This document shows, in pieces, positions 15,989 to 21,725 of a DNA stretch of 21,725 bases (within the stretch, counting starts at the first letter, position 1; each line of letters starts with the position of its first letter). The notes under the pieces were generated by a model, which had not been told where the DNA came from, ran no database searches, and worked only from the letters and a program-made list of their open reading frames with translations. The stretch spans positions 1 to 21,725 of the forward strand of contig CAVRGP010000014.1 of assembly GCA_963720755.1 (NCBI GenBank), given 5' to 3'. Source of the stretch: an uncultured Chloroflexia bacterium (GTDB lineage: Bacteria > Chloroflexota > Limnocylindria > Limnocylindrales > CSP1-4). Made by a program: the position numbers and the translations under genes.

Positions 15989-17434
15989 ATGACCGTCGCC
16001 GCCGGCACCAAGCCGCACCCGATCTTCCTCGCCGGCCGTTGGGTCGATTCGCCCGACGTCCTCGTCGTCGAGAACCCGGCCGACGCGACGACCCCGGCCG
16101 GGGCCACCTACAACGCCAGTCCCGAGCAGTACGAGGAGGCCGTCGCCGCGGCGGTCGCGGCGTTCGACGTCACCCGTCGCATGCCAGCCTACGAGCGCGG
16201 TCGGATCCTCCGCGACATAAGCGCCGGCATCCGCGATCGCCGCGAGGAACTCGGTCGGCTCATCGCCCGTGAAGCTGGAAAGCCCATCCGCGATGCCCTG
16301 GTCGAGGTGGATCGAGCCGTGCTGACCTTCCGGCTGGGCGCGGAGGAAGCCGAACGCATGACCGGCGAGGTCATCCCGCTGGACCTGATGCCGTCGTCGA
16401 AGGATCGGGTCGGCATCACCCGACGCTTTCCGATCGGCCCGATCGCGGCAATCAGCCCGTTCAACTTCCCATTGAACCTGGCAGCCCACAAACTCGCTCC
16501 CGCGATCGCCTCCGGCAACCCGATCGTCCTGAAGCCGCCGTCGAAGGACCCGCTGACGATGCTGACCGTCGCGGAGATCATCGAGTCGGCGGGCGTCCCG
16601 GCCGGTTCGGTTTCGATCCTCCCGATGACGCGCGAGTCGGGCGATCGGATGGTCGCCGACGAGCGGTTCAAGTTGCTGACCTTCACCGGATCGCCGGCGG
16701 TGGGCTGGCGGATGAAGGAACGTGCCGGCAAGAAGAAGGTCGTTCTGGAACTCGGCGGCAATGCCGGTGTGATCATCGACAAGTCCGCGGATATCGACTG
16801 GGCCGTGCGGCGCAATCTTGTGGGCGCGTTCGCCTACGCCGGTCAGGTCTGCATCAGCGTCCAGCGGATGATGATCCACGAAGCGGTCTGGGACACGTTC
16901 ATGGATCGATTCGTCGAGGCTGCCGGGGCACTCAAGGTCGGCGACCCACTGGACCCGACCACCGATCTCGGGCCGATGGTCGACGCCGCGGCGGCCACCC
17001 GAACCCAGCAGTGGGTCGACGAGGCGGTCTCGTTGGGCGGGCAGATCCGGTTGGGCGGGCGCGCCGACGGCACGTTCTTCCCACCGACCATCCTGACCGA
17101 CGTTCCGGCCAGCGCGCACGTCTGCGCCGATGAAGCCTTCGCGCCATTGATCGTGGCCTCGAGGTTCAACGACCTCGATGCGGCCATCGCGATGGTCAAT
17201 GACTCCGCCTTCGGGCTCCAGACCGGGTTGTTCACCAACGATCTTGCGGGCGCCTGGCGCGCGTTCGGGGAACTCGAGGTCGGTGGCGTCATCGTCAACG
17301 ATGTGCCGACGTACCGGATCGACCACATGCCCTATGGCGGGGTCAAGGATTCCGGCCTGGGTCGAGAAGGTCTTCGGTGGGCGATCGAGGACATGACCGA
17401 AGTCCGGATCCTGGTCCTCGCCCAGCCCGCCTGA
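15989..17434 (+). CDS. NAD(P)-dependent aldehyde dehydrogenase, substrate unknown
   Basis: PFNFPLNL, FTGS, LELGGNA (catalytic Glu), AGQVCIS (catalytic Cys), EAFAP, PYGGVKDSGLGREG. RBS GAGGAG (15974-15979) precedes ATG 15989. Confidence 0.93.
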   Translation: MTVAAGTKPHPIFLAGRWVDSPDVLVVENPADATTPAGATYNASPEQYEEAVAAAVAAFDVTRRMPAYERGRILRDISAGIRDRREELGRLIAREAGKPIRDALVEVDRAVLTFRLGAEEAERMTGEVIPLDLMPSSKDRVGITRRFPIGPIAAISPFNFPLNLAAHKLAPAIASGNPIVLKPPSKDPLTMLTVAEIIESAGVPAGSVSILPMTRESGDRMVADERFKLLTFTGSPAVGWRMKERAGKKKVVLELGGNAGVIIDKSADIDWAVRRNLVGAFAYAGQVCISVQRMMIHEAVWDTFMDRFVEAAGALKVGDPLDPTTDLGPMVDAAAATRTQQWVDEAVSLGGQIRLGGRADGTFFPPTILTDVPASAHVCADEAFAPLIVASRFNDLDAAIAMVNDSAFGLQTGLFTNDLAGAWRAFGELEVGGVIVNDVPTYRIDHMPYGGVKDSGLGREGLRWAIEDMTEVRILVLAQPA

Positions 17435-17506
17435 CCGGACCGGCTCGTCCCGCGCCCCGCGACGGACCCGATGGCCGATGGTCCGGGTGGGGCATCCTTG
17501 ACGGCG

Positions 17507-18682
17507 ATGGACCTGACCCTGACCCCAGCCCAACTCGAACTCCAGGCCCGTGCCCGAACGTTCGTCCGGGACGTCCTCCAGCCGCTCGAAGTCGAGTTCG
17601 AGCGGGCAGGCGGTCGAGTCCCACGGCACTGGGGCGATCCCATCCGGGCGGCGGCGATCGACGCCCGTCTCCAGGGCGGTTCGTTCCCGGTCGAGGCCGG
17701 GGGCCAGGGCTGGTCGGCTCTGGAGCAGGTCCTCGTCCACGAACAGCTCGGCCAGGTGACCGGCGGCCTGTGGTCGTATATCCCGGGCGCCTACAACGTC
17801 CTGCTCCACGCCGACGCCGACCAGCGCCGGCGGTATCTCGAGCCGTCCCTCCGCGGGGAGCGGTCGGGCAGCTACGCCGTGACCGAGGACGGCGCCGGGT
17901 CGGACGCCAGGACGCTCAGCTCGACCGCCGTGCGCGACCCGGCGACCGGGGACTATCTCCTAAACGGCGAGAAGTGGTTCGTCACCGGACCCGACGACAC
18001 CGACTTCATGATCTTCCACTGCCTGGTCGTCGACGGTGATTCGCGCCGGCCGACCCTGTTCCTGGTCGACTACGACACGCCGGGACTGGCCGTCAAGCAC
18101 GATCCGGACTACACCCACACGTTCGCCGACCGGCATCCGCAGTTCGTCCTGACCGACGTTCGGGTGCCAGATGCGGCTGTCCTGGGCGGTGTCGGCCGGG
18201 CGGACGAGCTGACCAACGAGTGGTTCGTGGAGGAGCGGATCCATATCGGCGCTCGGTGTGCGGGGGCGATGGAGCGATTGCTCTCCCTCGCACTCGAATG
18301 GGCGACCGAGCGCATCCAGTTCGGCGAGCGGATCTACGACTTCCAGGGGGTCAGCTTCCCTCTGGCAGATTCCGCCGCCGATGCCTCCGCGGCACGTCTG
18401 CTCGCACGGGAGTGCGCCTGGCTCGCCGATACGGGGGCCGACCGGAAGGTCGTCCATGCCAAGGCGTCGCTCGCCAAGCTATTCGCTTCGGAAGCCGCCT
18501 GGCGGTGCGCCGATCGCGTGGTCCAGGTCTACGGCGGGCGAGGCTACATGCGGGAGTTCGCCCCCGAGCGCTTCCTGCGCGAGCTGCGCGTGGACCGGAT
18601 CTGGGAGGGCACCTCGGAGATCCAGCGGATGATCATCGCCCGGGCGCTCGAGAAGCGGGGCGTCGATCGGGTCGTCGGGTGA
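17507..18682 (+). CDS. Acyl-CoA dehydrogenase family protein
   Basis: YAVTEDGAGSDA, LNGEKWFVT, RIQFGERIYDFQGV, KLFASE, VQVYGGRGY, RIWEGTSEIQR. Start placed at MDLTLTP (17507); the upstream ATG 17471 is possible. Confidence 0.92.
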   Translation: MDLTLTPAQLELQARARTFVRDVLQPLEVEFERAGGRVPRHWGDPIRAAAIDARLQGGSFPVEAGGQGWSALEQVLVHEQLGQVTGGLWSYIPGAYNVLLHADADQRRRYLEPSLRGERSGSYAVTEDGAGSDARTLSSTAVRDPATGDYLLNGEKWFVTGPDDTDFMIFHCLVVDGDSRRPTLFLVDYDTPGLAVKHDPDYTHTFADRHPQFVLTDVRVPDAAVLGGVGRADELTNEWFVEERIHIGARCAGAMERLLSLALEWATERIQFGERIYDFQGVSFPLADSAADASAARLLARECAWLADTGADRKVVHAKASLAKLFASEAAWRCADRVVQVYGGRGYMREFAPERFLRELRVDRIWEGTSEIQRMIIARALEKRGVDRVVG

Positions 18683-20883
18683 CGTCGCCGAGCGACGATG
18701 CGCGGACCACGGCGGCCGGCACGATCGACCTTCGACCCCTGTTCGCGCCCCGAAGCGTCGCCGTCGTCGGAGCCTCGCCCCGATCCTGGATCGCCGAGAC
18801 CGTTCGAGACAACTTGCGCGTCCTGGGCAGCTCGACGCGCTGTCACTTCGTCAACCCGAAGTACGACGAACTGTACGGACAAGCCTGCCACCCATCGATC
18901 GAGGCGCTCCCGGAGCGGCCCGACGTCGTCGTCGTGGCTCTCAACCCGTTGCGTGCCGGATCGGTCACAGCCGCGGCGGCCGCTGCCGGCGTGCCGGCCG
19001 TCGTCATCCCCGGGGGCGGGGTCGTCGAGGGCGGTCCCGCAGCCGCCGCGATGCAGGCCGAGGTTGCCGGGATCGCCCGCGAGCACGGACTGGCGCTCCT
19101 CGGGCCGAATTGCATGGGCGTCATCGATCTGACCACGAATAGCGCGACCTACATCGGCGACGTCTCGCCATACCTGCCGCGAGGCGGCGTCGCGGGCATC
19201 GCCCAATCCGGGTCCGTGTCGGACGCGTTCGTCCACTCGGGTGATCGGATCGGCTTCTCGCGGATCATCAGCTGCGGATCGGAAGTCGTGCTCGACGTGT
19301 GCGACTACCTCGCCTACTGCCTCGATGACCCGCACACGAGCTCGGTGATCCTGTTCGTCGAGGGGTTCAAGCGCCCGGAACGCTTCCTGGCCCTTGCCGA
19401 CCGGGCCCTGGAACTCGGGAAGCCGATCATGACGGTCAAGGTCGGTCGGAGCGAGCAGGCGAAAACGGCCGCCATGGCCCATACCGGGTCACTGGCCGGC
19501 GAGGCGCGGGTCACCGATGCGGCGCTGGACGCCGCCGGGGTCATCCGCTGCCGCGACCTTGACGAACTGCTCGAGACCGCCGAACTCGTCGAGGGTATCC
19601 GGCGGACCGGCCGCCGTGTCGGCCGAGGCCGGACGGGGGTGGTGACGGTCTCGACCGGGGAAGCGTCGCTCATCGCCGACCTCGTGCCGACGACCGGCCT
19701 GGACTTGCCACCCATCCCCGCGAGCGCCAGGGCGGCGATCCTCGAGGCGCTTCCCACGATGGGGTACGTCGGCAACCCGCTCGACCCGTGGGGCGCGGAC
19801 GACCCCGGGGCTGCCTATGGCGCGGCGTTCGAGGCGATGGCCGCGTCGGCCGCCTACGACGTCCTGGTCATCGTCCATGACTTCCCGTACCGCTCACTCG
19901 TATCCGAGGTGGCGACCGCGAACGAGGTGACGGCCGGTCTGCTGGCGGCGACCCGCGACCGACCGGCCATCCTGCCCGCGTACGTGTCGCTCACCTCCGG
20001 CGAGCCACCGCCCGAGACGAAGGCGTTGCTCGACGGAGAGGGCGGCGGCGCGCCCCTGTTGCGTGGCGCCGTGCCGGCGTTCCGGGCGATCGCCCAGGTG
20101 GCCCGGTGGGAGGCTCACCACGAGCGTCGACGTTCGGGCGGGCCGTGGCGGACCGGGTGGCCTGAGCTGGCGGCCGACCGGACCAGCTACGGTGCCGACC
20201 CAGCGCCTTCTGCCGCCGCCCGACCGCCGATGTCCTTGTCCGAACGGGAGAGCCTGGCACTCGTCCGTGCGGCCGGGATCATGACCATCGAGGCCGTCGC
20301 GGTCAGCGACGCCGCTGCCGCGGTGGCGGCCGCCCGCACGATCGGTCAGCCCGTGGCGCTCAAGCTCGACGCGGTCGGCCTCACCCACAAGAGCGACCTG
20401 GGTGCCGTCGCTCTCGGCCTGCGCGGCGATGACGCGGTCTACGGGGCGGCCCTCACGCTGCTCGACACAGGCCGGCACCACGGTCTCACCATCCGGGGAT
20501 TGCTGGTCCAACCGATGGCGAGCCCAGGCGTCGAGTTGATCGTCGGCCTTCGTCGCGACCCGCAGTTCGGACCGGTCGTGATGGTCGGTCTCGGGGGCAT
20601 CCTGACCGAGGTCCTCGACGACGTCTCGATCAGGCTGGCGCCGCTCGATGCGAGCGCGGCAGACGCGATGCTCGACGATCTGAGGGGCGCGGCCCTGCTG
20701 CGCGGCGTTCGCGGTCGACTGCCGGTCGATCGTGGGGCGATCGTGTCGATGCTCGTCGCGCTCGGGCAGCTCGGCGTCGAGCGGTCCGACCTGCTCGAGA
20801 TCGACCTCAACCCGGTCATCGCCTCCACGTCCGGCGCGATCGCCGTCGATGCCCTGGTCGTGCTGGAAGGGCCCGCATCGTGA
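18679..20883 (+). CDS. ADP-forming acyl-CoA synthetase (acetate--CoA ligase family, fused alpha/beta)
   Basis: LFAPRSVAVVGAS, LLGPNCMG, AQSG, phospho-His motif AHTGSLAG, NPLD, and ATP-grasp HKSDLGAV...DPQFGPVVMVGLGG...EIDLNP. No GNAT domain. GTG 18679 overlaps the ACAD stop. Confidence 0.9.
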   Translation: MTSPSDDARTTAAGTIDLRPLFAPRSVAVVGASPRSWIAETVRDNLRVLGSSTRCHFVNPKYDELYGQACHPSIEALPERPDVVVVALNPLRAGSVTAAAAAAGVPAVVIPGGGVVEGGPAAAAMQAEVAGIAREHGLALLGPNCMGVIDLTTNSATYIGDVSPYLPRGGVAGIAQSGSVSDAFVHSGDRIGFSRIISCGSEVVLDVCDYLAYCLDDPHTSSVILFVEGFKRPERFLALADRALELGKPIMTVKVGRSEQAKTAAMAHTGSLAGEARVTDAALDAAGVIRCRDLDELLETAELVEGIRRTGRRVGRGRTGVVTVSTGEASLIADLVPTTGLDLPPIPASARAAILEALPTMGYVGNPLDPWGADDPGAAYGAAFEAMAASAAYDVLVIVHDFPYRSLVSEVATANEVTAGLLAATRDRPAILPAYVSLTSGEPPPETKALLDGEGGGAPLLRGAVPAFRAIAQVARWEAHHERRRSGGPWRTGWPELAADRTSYGADPAPSAAARPPMSLSERESLALVRAAGIMTIEAVAVSDAAAAVAAARTIGQPVALKLDAVGLTHKSDLGAVALGLRGDDAVYGAALTLLDTGRHHGLTIRGLLVQPMASPGVELIVGLRRDPQFGPVVMVGLGGILTEVLDDVSIRLAPLDASAADAMLDDLRGAALLRGVRGRLPVDRGAIVSMLVALGQLGVERSDLLEIDLNPVIASTSGAIAVDALVVLEGPAS

Positions 20884-21716
20884 CCTCGCCGAACGATCCG
20901 ATCCTCCTGACCGAACCGACGGGCTGGGGTGTCCGCCTGACCCTGAACCGCCCGGACAAGCTCAACGCCCTGTCGGCGGATCTGGTTCGGAGGTTGACCG
21001 AGGCGATCGACGCCGCGATCGCCGACGAGCGAGTCCGGGTCATCGTCCTCCAGGGGGCGGGCCGCGCGTTCTGCTCCGGGTACGACCTGACCGAGGAAGC
21101 CGACGGTGGGACGCCCGGTCCCGTCGAGTGGCGCGAGCTCCTCGCGACCGATGTCGCGGCCACGCTTCATGTGCTGGATTGTCCCAAGCCGGTCATCGCT
21201 CAGATCCATGGCTACGCGTTGGCCGGGGGCCTCGAACTGGCGATGGCCTGCGATCTGGTCATCGCGGCCGAGGGAACCAAGATGGGCGAGCCGGAGATCC
21301 GCTACGGGTCGGCGCCGGTGGCCCTGCTGATGCCCTTCCTCATCGGCCAGAAGAAGACCCGAGAGCTGCTCCTGACCGGCGACCTCATCGATGCCGCCGA
21401 GGCAGAGCGGATCGGGTTGATCAACCGGGTCGTCCCCGCGGAGGCCCTCGCCGCCGAGGTGGACGCCCTGGCGGACCGTCTGGCCCGGACGCCGCCCGAC
21501 GTCATGGCTCCGACCAAGCGGATGCTCAACCGGGCGATGGACGCGACCGGATTTCGCATCGCGGTCGAGGCTGGGATCGATCTCGGCGCCATCATCAACG
21601 CCGCGGATACCCCCGAGCAGCGGGAGTGGGATGCCATCGTCCGGCGCGATGGTCTCAAGGCGGCCCTCGCCTGGCGCGATGCGCGATACGAGGAACGACT
21701 GGGCGGCGAGGACTAG
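20880..21716 (+). CDS. Enoyl-CoA hydratase/isomerase (crotonase) family protein
   Basis: LNRPDKLNALS, GRAFCSGYDL, PKPVIAQIHGYALAGGLELAMACD, GEPEIRYG, ELLLTG. GTGA overlap with the upstream ligase. Confidence 0.92.
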   Translation: MTSPNDPILLTEPTGWGVRLTLNRPDKLNALSADLVRRLTEAIDAAIADERVRVIVLQGAGRAFCSGYDLTEEADGGTPGPVEWRELLATDVAATLHVLDCPKPVIAQIHGYALAGGLELAMACDLVIAAEGTKMGEPEIRYGSAPVALLMPFLIGQKKTRELLLTGDLIDAAEAERIGLINRVVPAEALAAEVDALADRLARTPPDVMAPTKRMLNRAMDATGFRIAVEAGIDLGAIINAADTPEQREWDAIVRRDGLKAALAWRDARYEERLGGED

Positions 21717-21725
21717 AGCTGAACG

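Noticed and set aside
17435-17486. Imperfect stem-loop (CCGGACC...GGTCCGG) between ALDH and ACAD as an ncRNA or riboswitch
   Set aside because: There is no recognisable family motif, and GC-rich pairing is easily obtained by chance.
15152-17809. 885-aa minus-strand ORF and the other long antisense ORFs (e.g. 2322..4100, 5949..7163, 8296..9615)
   Set aside because: They lie antisense or out of frame to well-conserved genes and have no motifs, which is typical of stop-codon scarcity in high-GC DNA.

Overview
This is a high-GC (roughly 70% by eye) bacterial chromosomal segment. Gene content and protein style suggest Chloroflexota (possibly Limnocylindria-like), which is an inference. The left half is a branched-chain amino acid biosynthesis locus. 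leuC-leuD lie on the minus strand. Diverging from them is a translationally coupled ilvB-ilvN-ilvC-leuA-leuB-cimA operon, followed by a free-standing LeuA-type allosteric domain gene. The 430-bp leuC/ilvB gap holds a regulatory system that the ORF track does not show as a separate ORF: a sigma70-like promoter, a 66-codon TTG-initiated leader ORF with a Val block and then a block of rare Leu codons, an antiterminator arm and an intrinsic terminator. Together these look like a ribosome-mediated attenuator with an unusually long, modular leader peptide. leuC appears to be leaderless. Downstream are a lipoprotein, pheA, mscL, a DUF4332-like protein, a DUF853/HerA-like ATPase, a PPK2, and an aldehyde dehydrogenase / acyl-CoA dehydrogenase / ADP-forming acyl-CoA ligase / enoyl-CoA hydratase cluster. 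leuD is broken by many 1-nt indels confined to the first ~420 bp, most likely long-read consensus error. I saw no rRNA, tRNA, CRISPR array or mobile element.
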